From Catajapyx aquilonaris (taxonomy: Eukaryota): a DNA stretch of 38,139 nt. The notes beneath the pieces are model-generated. The model made no database searches. It was not told where the DNA came from and worked only from the letters and a program-made list of their open reading frames with translations. The stretch covers positions 1 to 38,139 of the forward strand of contig KZ538981.1 in NCBI GenBank assembly GCA_000934665.2, read 5' to 3'. Positions 1-11,160 of this stretch are shown one piece after another; positions within the stretch are counted from its first letter, which is position 1, and each line of letters starts with the position of its first letter. Made by a program: the position numbers and the translations under genes.

Positions 1-96
1 TGGCGTTTCCGGACACGGGTTCATATGTCAAAAATACTTGTATTGGTCCCCTCTATTACCCCTGAAAGTCTTTGCAGAGTTACAATAAACACCCTG
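1..96. mobile_element. Right end of a Tc1/mariner-type MITE, truncated by the window edge
   Basis: Ends ...GTTACAATAAACACCCTG and is nearly the exact reverse complement of 1870-1965, so it belongs to the same family as 1870-2560. Confidence 0.85.
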
Positions 97-104
97 TGTA
101 GAAT

Positions 105-1278
105 AGGCGCTGAGAACTCGACCGGCAGGTACAGTACTGGCCAATAATCGAGGCAATGACTAGCGACATTTTCCCGAAGCGGCAGAAGAAGCAATCTTGC
201 TCGCCCGGCTTGTAGCATGCTTATCTTCGATTCCTTCTTCTGCCGCTTCGGGAAAGTGTCGCTAGTCGTTGCCTCGATTATTGGCCAGTACTGTACCAGC
301 TATACCCGCCACCGCCTAGTTTCCCGCTTACTCGTGCGCTGAAGATACGAACAAGATATTTTACAAAAAATAATAACAACTATATACTTACGCGTTCAGG
401 GAAAACATTATGAATGTGCTGAAAACAATTTCCCTCCCATGCAAGTCCGCAAATTAATTTCCCAAAAGATCGCTGTAAAAACTCGAAATTAGAGTTCTGC
501 CGGCCAACTGTTAGACTGATTTAGTTATGAAATACGTTAAAATATGCGGAATAACAATTTTGAGAAGGGTGCCAAATTGATTTGCTGGAATCGTCGTACT
601 TTTCGAGAAACAAGTAAATTGGGGAGTAATCCGAAGTGACAGGAAAGTCGCAAAAATTAATTCATTTATTAATTTATTTCTCTAGGAAAGTACAACGATT
701 CTAACAACCTCTTCTGGCATGGTTCTCAAGATCGTTACTCCGTATATTTTGACGTATTTCATAATTAAATCAGCCTAACAGTTGGCCGGTAGTATTCGGA
801 TTTTCATATTTTACAGCGATCTTTCTGGAAATTAATTTACGGACTTATATAGCCCAGGAAAATTGTTTCCAATGCATATACGTTGTGTTTTGCATGAACG
901 GGTAAGTATAACTGTTACTATTTTTTGTAAAATATCTTGCCCTTACCTTCAGAGTACTTTAAGTTGAACAGGAGAGAAAATCTAGGCGGTAAAAGCGGAA
1001 ATACTGTATAGAGGCAAGAGCTAATGATAGAGGGCATTCTGTGCGGCGAACTTTTGGGAAATTAATTTGCGGACTTGTATGGGAGGGAAATTGTTTTCAA
1101 CACATTCATAACGTTTTCCCTGAACGGGTAAGTCGAGCTGTTATTATTTGTAAAATATCTTGTTCGTATCTTCAGCGCACGAGTAAGCGGGAAACTAGGC
1201 GGTGGCGGGTATAGCTGGTACAGTACCTGGCGGTCGAATTCTCAGCGCCTAGATCCTAGGCGGCTGGGGCTCAAGGGG
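105..1278. mobile_element. Foldback/non-autonomous DNA element with a piggyBac-like GGGG-TTAA right terminus
   Basis: 105-131 plus 294-470 is inverted relative to ~1045-1251. ~300-615 is also inverted, more divergently, relative to ~680-995. The element ends CTCAAGGGG followed by TTAA (1279-1282). The left terminus is interrupted by the 1-96 MITE. Confidence 0.65.
132..293. mobile_element. Tc1/mariner-type MITE (162 bp) nested in the foldback element
   Basis: ~60-bp TIRs (CAGTACTGGCCAATAATCGAGGCAA...TTGCCTCGATTATTGGCCAGTACTG) flanked by TA at 130-131 and 294-295. Absent from the opposite arm of the host element. Confidence 0.9.
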
Positions 1279-1577
1279 TTAAAAAGAACTACTATTATAC
1301 TGTACAGTACGTATATAACAATAGTCAAGCATGGCACTTTTTGATGAACACTATACTATTATCAATCTGGAAGTTACTGTACGTTATATTCACATAAATT
1401 TCATTCAATTATAAGAATCTTATTAATCTTACTGATAGTGCCTTCAATATCATATTACTGTTTTATATGTCTACCAAATATTGCTACAAAATTATCAGTG
1501 AACATTTCTGATTGCTTTATTGACGTGTAAGCATTATTATGCACATTTATATAGAGGCAGCCTTTCTATCTTTTTAA

Positions 1578-1766
1578 AGGTGCCTCATTTGCATGTGGGC
1601 GATTTGATCGCACGATGTCATAGCCGAGCGATGAATCCAATTGTTTGGAGAAAAAAATCGATTGTTACCACGATTGTTAAGCTACTTTCACCGCAAAAAA
1701 TTGGATTCATCGCTTGGCAATGACATCGCTCGATCAAATCGCTCACATGATTGTATACACGCACCT
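1578..1766. mobile_element. Palindromic MITE, PIF/Harbinger (Tourist)-like
   Basis: AGGTGC...GCACCT termini, long internal inverted repeat (GCGATTTGATCG...CGATCAAATCGC) and TAA on both sides (1575-1577, 1767-1769). Confidence 0.75.
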
Positions 1767-1869
1767 TAATAATGAGGGGTCTGACAGTGAGATCAAAAAC
1801 AGCCAAGAACACTTGAAAACACTGGTCGTAAAATGAGCAAAATCCGATGATTACTTAACTTTCACTATA

Positions 1870-2560
1870 CAGGGTGTTTATTGTAACTCTGCAAAGACTT
1901 TCAGGGGTAATAGAGGGGACCAAGACAAGTATTTTTGACACAGGAACCCGTGTCCGGAAACGTCATCTAGAGGGGGTTCACAGACAAGGAACGGGTGCGC
2001 TCAGACGCGTCAGGCGAGAGGCGCTAAGAGAGCGGACTGTTTTGTTGCTAGATGGCGCACAGTTGTTGCCAGGTTATGGTGTATCGTGTCGTTGTAAGCA
2101 AACAGCAACGCGATACGCCATAACCTGGCAACAACAGAACCGCTGCTGGCTATCCGCGCGTCTCCTAGGAGGCGGACTTTAAGGCCATTTCGCAAAAAAA
2201 AATGTCGCGCGGCAAACGGCGCGCGTTGCGGCAAATTTTTTATTTATATTATTTTATTGTTGCCAATTGTTGGCAATAATAAATATAAATAATAAATTTG
2301 CCGCAACGCGCGCCGTTTGCCGCGCGACATTTTTTTGTGAAATGGCCTTTAGTTGCTAGATGGCTCTGCTGTTGCCACGTTATGGCACATCGCATTGTTG
2401 GTTACTATCCGAGCGCCATCTATCAACAACACAGTCCGCTCTCCTAGCGCCTCTCGCCTGACGCGTCTGAGCGCACCCGTTCCTTGTCTATGAACCCCCT
2501 CTAGATGGCGTTTCCTCTATTGCCTCTGAAAGTCTTTGCAGAGTTACAATAAACACCCTG
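1870..2560. mobile_element. Tc1/mariner-type MITE with long TIRs, related to the DD41D element
   Basis: TA-CAGGGTGTTTATTGTAACTCTGCAAAGAC...GTCTTTGCAGAGTTACAATAAACACCCTG with arms of ~190 bp (right arm partly deleted). Shares GACCAAGACAAGTATTTTTGACAxAGGAACCCxTGTCCGGAAA with the TIR at 21427. Confidence 0.9.
2182..2348. mobile_element. Palindromic PIF/Harbinger-like MITE nested in the 1870-2560 MITE
   Basis: AGGCCATTTC...GAAATGGCCT termini, almost fully palindromic, TTA duplicated at 2179-2181 and 2349-2351. Confidence 0.85.
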
Positions 2561-5166
2561 TCCAGCACTGTACCATCGTGAAACTTTGTTTCCGAAGTTC
2601 CGCTATATATCCACTAATGTGCAATTAATACCCAATGGCATTCAAATACATAAATGCGCCACATAATACGGTAGGCCCTATTTGTGTTAGACCCTCCGAA
2701 ACTGAACTTGGCTTTTTTAATTATCTCATGCCCCTCTAATTTATTCTCTTCTCAGGTGAGTTAATGATGTACAGTACAGCACACATCTGCCCAAGACCAC
2801 CCAAGACAAAATGAGAAACCTGAAGAGCAACAGTTGTAGTTGTGGAGGGATTCTTTATTGGCATATTAATTGTACATTATACAGACATGATGTGGTTTGA
2901 TGAGAAGGCGGCCTTCCGGATCTGGAAGAAAAAGAACATAATTTTGTATGATAGAAAGTGAACAATAAAGATGTAAAATATTGCAAATGATTGTCATGTT
3001 GGGGTGTATGCCTCACCTGGACGTGGTGCAACGCAGCTCCGTCTTCCTTGCAGGTCTAGATGAATCAGTCAGGAAAAAGTTCCGAGGAAGGCTTGATGGG
3101 AGGGGGCGGACAGAAGGGAGAGGATGTGGGTTGGTACTCCCCAACTCGGATGAATTTTGTATTCAGTGTGACTGGTTGTCGCCTAAGTGTCAAGTGGCCG
3201 GTTTTATCTCATGATGGGGTTGTCATGCATCACCTGCCACAGTTGAATGCGAAACACAGGATGCTCTCAGAGATGCTAAGTATAACTCTGGCACCCGTTT
3301 GTGATTTTGTGACAACCAGTGAATATTTTTATCAACATGACGCATTCTTCTCACTGGACATCTTAGAAACGGTATGACGGTATACGGTTTGGTTTGGATG
3401 ATTAGGAAGAAGCCAAAACAACTATGTCTATTTGGCTATAGAAGACGCAAAGGTGGGACAGATGGAGAGAGAAACGAAGAGGAAAAAAGAAGAGAGGAAA
3501 GACTGGTTTTTATTTATGTCTTTGACTTGAATATCTCACATGCTGATGGTCTGTCCGGCTTGGGTGGCCCTACCAGTAGACGAAGCTACCGCCGGCATAG
3601 CTCTTGGGGTCACGGGAGAAACGCAAACCTCCCCACCACCACGATAAGGTGGAGATACCATCGGGGGGAATGACGGTATACGCATTGGCGAGTGGAAAAA
3701 ACAGCTGGTAGCATAGCAACCGTGTCTCCAATCGACTGACCTGCCACCTGGCGATCGACAGCCAAACTCGATACTGTATTTTACAATACGGTAGATCGAG
3801 GCAGTGCCGGAAATATGGCAATAAAAGCCCCACAGGCCGGAAATAAGTCATAAGTACTAGTATACTCCCGTCAAATTGCCGACAAAACACGTTGCAGAAG
3901 ACCTGTAAATAAAAAACCATCACGAAAAGCAAATATTATTTGCCAGAAGTTTATTGATTTCCACTACAATCCCACACACTGCTCTATACAATATACACAC
4001 CAAGGTACACACTGATAATGATGCTGAACATGGTCACATGACAGGAAGATATACCCCCCGCTGCTATGTCCATCTTGTCGTGGCGGGACGGGCTTGTTCT
4101 TCTTCCCGTGAACTCGAGAACCGTGGAGGGCCCTTTGGTAACGAAAAGAATGTGATCCGAGACCCTGTGCGCAAACAGCAGTAGTAGCACGCGGCACCCG
4201 AACGTCTACGCCACGCTATGCCGGCAAAGGAACTTGTTCAATTTCGAAATTCGAACGTGATTTCTAAGCAACGAGGTGATTATTTTTGTATTGTTAGGTG
4301 AAGGGTGGCCAGCTGCGCATAATATCAGTTTCGGGTCCAATATTAGTTCCTTAACCCCATACGACCTCATATTGGTCAGTTTTTAGATTTATAACTCTTA
4401 ATTATGTGCCTCTTGATATTAAATCAACACAGTGTATTGAAATTCATCTCGACAGCACTCGACGGTGGCGCCGCGTAGTGGCCGACAACCAAACACGTTG
4501 ACCAAACAAGTGGCCAAAAAGTGGCGACGCTTGGAAACCGTTTTTTCCACTCTTCCTAGTATTAAGCTCTTTGCACATTGGGTTCTAACAACTGCAGTCA
4601 AGAGTAAGAGGCCATCACGGTTTCTTAGCAGCCAAAAAGAACCTGCATTACAATAATATATTGAATATACCACATTTTGCCGGTTGATGCATGCCTGATG
4701 AACCCTGTTCTAGATGCGACTATAACACCAAAATAAGAAGTACTATGCCAACAATAATTATTGCAGCTCGTCTCCACAATAGTATATCATAATATTATCG
4801 CCACGTTCGCTCAGTACCTCCCTATACCTCAGTGCTGGCGGCATCCTTGCCTAAAATTTCACATATCAAGAGGCGGAATATTCAGAGGGCCAGACAACGA
4901 ATAGACAACGCCGCATCCTCCTGGGCCTCGAAACTTACACAGTCTCGTGATTCCCGATTCTTACAGTTATACAAGCACCGGCGAAAAGCTTCTGCAATAA
5001 TACGTATATTATTTGACGGTGAAACAGGCAACAACCGAATTCTCATCTTTACAACCAGAGGAAAACTTGACTTGGCACCGGCAATGAAAAATTCCGACCA
5101 TTGGTTTGTGGAATGGACTCGACTTTCAAGTTATACTCGAATCACCATTCGACTACTTCGAAGGTA

Positions 5167-5427
5167 CAAGGACTGGCCGACCTCGCCGTCCTCCCAGATT
5201 CAAAATGTGGAATTTCTATGCTGTATCGGATCTACCGAAGACACACGGCAGAAGGATTCCACAATAATAATTATTCTTGTAGGCCATACAAGTCGTCTAT
5301 ATGCTATTTTTTTTTAACAAACTTGATGAGTGTCCCTTCTCATTTGCAATTTCGATGCATGGTCCATCAGTAACTTACGTATAGTAGTAGCAAGTTCAAA
5401 CTAGGGAGGTTCATTGTGGTCACCCTG
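5167..5427. mobile_element. Degenerate Tc1/mariner-type insertion within the MULE relic
   Basis: Right end ...GTGGTCACCCTG-TA. The left end matches only weakly, so the left boundary is uncertain. Confidence 0.35.
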
Positions 5428-5559
5428 TATAATATAAGAACTCTTGCGCCTGGCTCCCACGTGGTTCACCTTCGGATCACCATCGAAGGTGTGCACCAGA
5501 AGTGACTATACCCCCTCGGAATGGATGCTGTCGCTTTGCCACAAGTTTTTTTTAAAAAA

Positions 5560-5662
5560 AATCATCTCCTCTATCGCACTGATTGTGAGTTTGAACCACC
5601 CCAATAGTCTATTGGGGTGGTTCAAACTCACAGTCAGTGTCAGTGCGATAGAGGAGATGATT
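5560..5662. repeat. Near-perfect ~100-bp hairpin with a 1-nt centre
   Basis: AATCATCTCCTCTATCGCACTGA...CCCCAATAG-T-CTATTGGGG...TCAGTGCGATAGAGGAGATGATT, with one 6-nt duplication in the right arm. Confidence 0.9.
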
Positions 5663-5936
5663 GTAGTCCAAGCATTCAAGCAAACCTTAAAATTGGAACT
5701 CCAGCTATACCTGGCCAATGTCACTGAGAAGGTATATATAGGGGACGTGTTCTCGTCCACAGTACGATGCCGCAGTTGAAGGGTAGGAAACATGGACCTG
5801 AGACGCCTTATGCCTATACTTACCAAACGGGGTTTATTCCCTCCAAAAATGAAAATCTTTTAAAACTTCTGTCCTGCACTATGGCAATATCAATGTGAGG
5901 CAGGAAATTGAAGATGATAATAGCCACTCACTGCTA

Positions 5937-5937
5937 T

Positions 5938-5992
<55 letters not shown>

Positions 5993-6023
5993 TTTTATCA
6001 TCATCATCATCATCATCATCATC
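5937..6023. repeat. (TTTA)n + (ATC)n microsatellite
   Basis: Direct reading. Confidence 0.95.
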
Positions 6024-6160
6024 ACGGCGTTTCCCAAAAAGATATGGGGTAGCCAGCGGATATTGAGGAGGTCCTCAATAATATTATCCTCGTATGACCA
6101 AACTTACACGCATGCAAAAAAAAAAAAACTGAAGCCTGGTCAGGTACGAGTTCGCAGATT
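5997..6160 (-). mobile_element. 3' end of a retroposon with (TGA)n tail, same family as 7545-8145
   Basis: Reverse complement contains GTACCTGACCAG...CGCTGGCTACCCCAT...TTTGGGA...GCC-(TGA)n, matching 8035-8145. The core CATCGCTGGCTACCCCAT recurs at ~27291. Confidence 0.65.
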
Positions 6161-6244
6161 ATAGAAAAAAGGAGGAGGGGGGGAGGACTAGCCCTCTCTA
6201 GGGCCCTCAGGAAGCAACTGATCTGCATATCTATGGGGCTAGTA

Positions 6245-6850
6245 TTGGTATTTATTAGGACTGACCATGCCCGTCAAGGCTCAACAGCCCACTCACTCCC
6301 AAAGCCAACAACAAACGTAATACAAGACAAAAACAACTACGCTGCACCAATCATCCATAATCCAGTCATCCAATAATGAGCCACCAATCAACCAGTCATC
6401 CATCACAGCATCATCCAGCGATAAGCCACCAGTCATCCATCAAGTCATCCAGTCATAAGCCACCAGTCATTCATCACGTCATCCAGTCATAAGCCGTCAA
6501 TCATCCATCAAGTCATCCAGTCATGAGCCGTCAATCATCAGTCCGCCGTCATAATTAATCCACCAAATCCTCCTCCTCCATCATCAGCCAAGTTGCAACC
6601 CCCCCCCCCCTCCCCCTCAGGAAGCATCAGGAACAGTAACTGTATGCCGCAAGGACCCCCTGTTTCTCCCTGCATTTAGTAGGGATAAAGCCCTATCCGC
6701 TGCCAGATAAAACTCATTGAAAGGTTCTAGCACCACGTTCACAAGCAGAGCAGCCCTAGAACAGCCATTGGACACGACACACGACTATCTATATGGGGCT
6801 AACAAAATGACGTCCTCTGTGCACGGTACACCTATCTGATATAGCCAGGG
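6245..6850 (-). mobile_element. Probable LINE 3' remnant with a tandem-repeat 3' UTR
   Basis: Minus strand ends GGGCTGTTGAGCC...CAGTCCTAATAAA. Degenerate zinc-knuckle-like peptide (VPCTEDV) upstream. An ~30-34-bp AGTCATCCA-rich tandem array lies at 6350-6590. Confidence 0.45.
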
Positions 6851-7075
6851 CTATTACGATAACCAGGAGGTTATTAAATCCCCTCCAGACCGGTTTTATT
6901 TTGTCTTGATTTCGAACCTATACCATTTTTATTTTATTTTTGCAACAAACCTGTATTTTTTTACTTTTGTGCGCTGGCGAGATTACTCAAATTTTGCGAC
7001 ATTGTGTTGTGAGACTCCCCCGACAATTATAATAAATGTAATATGACTCGCCGGATGATGGTAATAAACTCGTAC

Positions 7076-7083
7076 TATTATTA

Positions 7084-7143
<60 letters not shown>

Positions 7144-7155
7144 GCCGCCACCACC

Positions 7156-7243
<88 letters not shown>
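7076..7243. repeat. (TTA)n/(CCA)n/(CTA)n compound microsatellite
   Basis: Direct reading. Confidence 0.95.
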
Positions 7244-7244
<1 letters not shown>

Positions 7245-7467
7245 ACTGCACCGATGTATGCCTCCCTAGGGCCCTCAGGAAGCCTAGCTGGAGGTTATTC
7301 GGCCCTCCTTCGTCCCATATATGCGCAAGGCGACGGTATGCGGTCTGCTGGTGCCAACAACTCAGCATGGTCCTCCTCCCTGGCCCGTCCTTTGAAGGTG
7401 GACGTCACTTGGGACACATCCGAAGGCAACAACCCACCAGCATAGCCTGTCCTGCCGGCAATCTATT

Positions 7468-7468
<1 letters not shown>
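7244..7468 (-). mobile_element. Probable RTE-like LINE 3' remnant with (TAG)n tail
   Basis: Minus strand runs into the (TAG)n tract and gives a degenerate RPGRRT...FLRALG C-terminus. CTAGGGCCCTCAGGAAGC is shared with 6198-6215. Confidence 0.4.
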
Positions 7469-7544
<76 letters not shown>

Positions 7545-7547
<3 letters not shown>

Positions 7548-8145
7548 TACTGACTCTTTGACTGTTTGGAATAAGTGTCAGCACATTCATAAAAGTACCC
7601 GTCAGGCCGCATATTTCATTTGTGGGACCATCGTCCAATTGGTACAGAAACTCGCAGAAGTGGCCACAGGAGAGCCTATCCCATACCAAAAGGTCGTGGT
7701 AAAATGTCTGCAATGGCAAAACGCCCATACGCTCAGTCAAATCATCATCTTCACTACCCGTTGGTGAATGACGGATCAAGCAGTCCGCCATTTTGGAAGA
7801 AGCACTGTTCTGAATAGTGATTGTGTGAGGGAGACGTCTTCATGATTGTAGTCCATCCTGGTGGTAGCCTGTCGACCGGACATGAGCAAACATAAAGAAG
7901 CACCCCGCCTTGACCAGTTTTTACATTGTTTTTATATATGTATTTTACAAGGATGTATGTGTAGAGTGTATAATAATGTTGTGTTCATACCATCTTTTAT
8001 TATCATCAAACTCATATAATATCCTTAATTGCGTGTACCTGACCAGTCACCTTAGGATTTTCATATCCGGTCAAAATAGATGACAAGGTGTTGTACACCA
8101 TGTCATCGCTGGCTACCCCATCTTTGGGACAATGCCATGATGATA
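7545..8145 (+). mobile_element. LINE ORF2 3' remnant plus 3' UTR (I/Jockey/R1-like)
   Basis: RQAAYFICG...LAEVATGEPIPY resembles the post-RT ALEV.TG..P motif. The 3' end is shared with 5997-6160. Flanked by microsatellites. Confidence 0.5.
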
Positions 8146-8176
8146 ATTATGTACAGTACGTTACGTTATGTATGGG

Positions 8177-8241
8177 TGTATGTATGTATGTATGTATGTA
8201 TGTATGTATGTATGTATGTATGTATGTATGTATGTATGTAT

Positions 8242-8318
<77 letters not shown>
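8177..8318. repeat. (TATG)n + (ATT)n microsatellite
   Basis: Direct reading. Confidence 0.95.
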
Positions 8319-8320
<2 letters not shown>

Positions 8321-8672
8321 ATTGCCGGAATATTCAGCAGACAGCATCTTCTCCTTACAACAGCCTTCTGTTGGCTTCGGCCTTCTGCCTGTCTCTTCTG
8401 CTTTGCCAAAGTGACTCGCATTCGCTTGTTGTTAACCTGACAATTGCAGTGAGCACCGTAGAGCAGGAGATAAGAGAGTATAGCCTATGCTGCGAAATTC
8501 TGATCATGGTAACATAGTAGTATACTTTCAATGCATCATAACAAGTTCTTCTCTATAGGTTTAGCAAGAGGTCGGAAATGATGAGAGTGGGGTCACAGAG
8601 GGGACTCGTCTATCTTGCAGGGGATAAAGAAACTGTATGAATTAAGCCTATGCGCATTGGACATAAATGGAA

Positions 8673-8798
8673 TCCGATATCAGCTTCGCAGGATGGAAGG
8701 AGACCAGTTATGTTGTTTAAATTTGGGGAGAGGATATCCTCTCCCTAAATTTAAACAACAAAACTGGACCGCCTTCCCCCTGCGCCCTCTTTATCGGA
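8673..8798. repeat. 126-bp spacerless palindrome (old MITE-like)
   Basis: Centre GGAGAGGAT|ATCCTCTCC at 8735/8736. Arms TGTTGTTTAAATTT/AAATTTAAACAACA, with decaying symmetry out to TCCGATA/TATCGGA. Confidence 0.8.
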
Positions 8799-9149
8799 AC
8801 CAATCAGCGTAAGCTGCTGGGTGTGCGACTTCGGACAAGTGCAACATGCTTCTATAGTCGGAATGGCGTAAGCGCATGGTGCGATTTGTGTGCCCGACAG
8901 AAAAGTCGTTCGCGAAACAGAGGCTCACATCGTGAGGGCGTGAACAGGCAAGGGACAACGGGTTAGGACGTGGAGCGCGACACTCTCGGAGTTGAACGAC
9001 TGGTGTGCCTGCAAAGTTGATAGAAACCCAAATGGAAATCGCAGTCGGCTTATGCAGTACTGTATATCATGCAACCCTCAGTAGGGGCACACTATGCCTG
9101 CATAATTCCGCAAAAAATATTGTATATTCTGCCAAATGCAATTGGCGGG

Positions 9150-9900
9150 TTTTATTTATTTATTTATTCATTTATTTATTTATTTATTTATTGGGATGGG
9201 TGGCCAAAGCAACTAGGGCTCTCTTTCTGGCTATTGTAAGATACAAAAGTGGGACTGACGGAGATGGGAACAAGGAGGAAAAGTGACATAAAATACTCTT
9301 CCTGTTTCCTATCCCAAAAAGACAAATAAAAGACTATACATGGGCTGACCCCAGATTCCAGTAAGTAGACTGCCGTGACGGAATTGAATCCGGAATTGAA
9401 TTGAATGCCGTGACGGAACTGAATCCAGAAGTAACTTCACAGTAGTGCGCATTCAGTGGAATACTGAATACAACATGTCGGATAAAATAATGTGCCTCAG
9501 GGGTCACTCCCAGGCCGGTTAAGCAAGTCGCAGACTCTCGTTCCTCTCTGGATGGTCCCATTAATATTAAACCATTAGAAACATACAAAGACGTGGAGTG
9601 GCGCCTTTTCATGGCGGGAAACATGTGGCAGGAAATTTTTTCATGCCATGGAAAGCCTTTGCCAGAAAATATCTAGAAAGAAGAGGCCGGTGACGGAAAC
9701 ATATGTAGTGAAGACAACTAAGTTACTCCAGTCGGCGACGAAGGTAACAGAACAGAAAGAACGAGAAGACCTATCTTGAAGATTGTGTGTGGACCCATAT
9801 TAAAATCTCTCATTTTAGATAATACGATATCCGTAAGTGTTCGACGAATTGCCTATGCAAAAATTATCCCCTAAAAGGCCAAAGGAGGCCTAACACCAGG
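9150..9900 (-). mobile_element. I/Nimb-group LINE 3' remnant with (TAAA)n tail
   Basis: ORF 9334-9624 (RRHSTSLY...ESATCLTG.G...IRHVVF) resembles a C-terminal CCHC knuckle region. The minus strand terminates in (TAAA)n at 9150-9192. Confidence 0.6.
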
Positions 9901-9904
9901 TATC

Positions 9905-9906
<2 letters not shown>

Positions 9907-9990
<84 letters not shown>
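9907..9990. repeat. (ATT)n microsatellite; similar tracts at 7469-7543, 13631-13705, 18475-18538, 27066-27150, 33592-33678
   Basis: Direct reading. Confidence 0.95.
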
Positions 9991-10155
9991 GTGGAGAGGT
10001 ACCTAAGCAGGTAGGCCTACCTGACAACCAAGGCGCCCGACATATCCTCAAAGAAGCTTATTTCAGTTTGAGGAACGTATCGACTGCGCATGCCCACTGA
10101 CAAGGGATTACCTGTTGGGGTATTTGACCGCCCTACTGGGGGGGGGGGGGGGGGG

Positions 10156-10189
10156 NNNNNNNNNNNNNNNNNNNNNNNNNNNNNNNNNN
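10156..10189. other. Assembly gap (34 N) between a poly-G run and T/A/G homopolymer runs
   Basis: Run of n in the sequence. Confidence 1.
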
Positions 10190-10394
10190 TTTTTTTTAAA
10201 AAAAAGGGGGGGGGGGGTGTTCATCTTGCTCCCATATTTCAAAACCGTCGCGTTATTCGCCGCTGTTTAATTTCTGTCAATCCAGAATAGGATGAACATG
10301 AGCGCCGTTTTTTACACACCGAGATCCAGGCAGTGTATCGCTAGGCGGGGTATCAGGAATTAATTTCTCATGGGAAGGGGTTGCGCCACTAAAT

Positions 10395-10432
10395 CAGGGA
10401 GCATAATTATTCTACATAGTATATGCTCCCTG
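10395..10432. mobile_element. 38-bp P-element-superfamily remnant/excision footprint with 7-bp TSD
   Basis: CAGGGAGCATA...TATGCTCCCTG flanked by ACTAAAT at 10388-10394 and 10433-10439. Confidence 0.7.
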
Positions 10433-10773
10433 ACTAAATGCTATTAAAAACCTGTATTCAGCCTTAATAATTTATATTAATCAATGCAATGGCGACAATC
10501 CTTCATTATATCGACCTGAATATATATCTAGAACAAAATATATTGTTAGTAATCACTTCACTTGACTGATACGTGTGATACATCCCAAGTTCCTAACTAG
10601 CATTAAATTACAATAATTAGCCGACACGATTGGAATACTTGGTCAAATGTAAAAACTAATTCGAAGAAGGACCAACAATCACTGGCCGTTGACCATGAAC
10701 GGGGAAATAACCGGAATAGATATCACCAGGCAACAGATGATGCTCACTAATTGATGTACAGTACGTACAGTAT

Positions 10774-11160
10774 GTGGTAGTCTATAATTATGTGAGCCGA
10801 GTCCTGTCGGATGCAGGTGAGTCATTTCTTATTTTCTGCTCCTTGTTCAAGCAACACCATCACCGATACGCGGCACACACTCATGCAAGCATGATGTGGT
10901 GCGAAGGAAAGGCATTTGAAACGAATGCCAAATTCATGGATTACGTGACCGACATGAGACCCCTGGTCATTTAGAGAGGAAGCTCCCCATTATTTTCCCA
11001 GCAGGTTTGTCCAAGGTCCAGACATCAAGGGCTACTGCACCATTCCTAGTGCCAACTACGTACTTGGTGCATTCAGCGAAGAACCAATGCATCATGACGA
11101 CTGTCATCACCTGACAATGAAAATCTTCACAGTGACGCGAACCATGCGCATGCGCCGGAA
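10774..11160 (+). pseudogene. OTU-like protease relic
   Basis: RVLSDAG..F..FCSLFKQHHH, then FMDYVTDMRP, then (other frame) NLHSDANH. Order and spacing fit OTU motifs; the catalytic Cys is not preserved. Confidence 0.4.

Larger units (their letters stand above)
4780..5790 (+). pseudogene. Decayed Mutator (MULE) DDE transposase
   Basis: Across frames: VLAASLPKISHIKRRNIQRARQ...NLHSLVIPDSYSYTSTGEKLL...LFDGETGNNRILIFTT...SDHWFV, then a frameshifted DGTFK-like motif. Later VVQAFKQTL...LANVTEKVYIG. These are typical animal MULE motifs. Interrupted by frameshifts and insertions. Confidence 0.75.

Noticed and set aside
3570..3690. FLYWCH-like peptide (GLRFSRDPKSYAGGSFVYW) on the minus strand
   Set aside because: A stop replaces the expected RC and there are no downstream Cys/His ligands; too weak to call.
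4351..4380. TTAACCCC piggyBac-like left terminus before the MULE relic
   Set aside because: No partner terminus found downstream.
6350..6590. CRISPR-like periodic repeats
   Set aside because: Degenerate tandem units without unique spacers, no cas genes, eukaryotic context.
7043..8517. Long ORFs with poly-L/Y/I/T runs (also 13578-13884, 22734-23112, 26979-27182)
   Set aside because: Artefacts of trinucleotide microsatellites.
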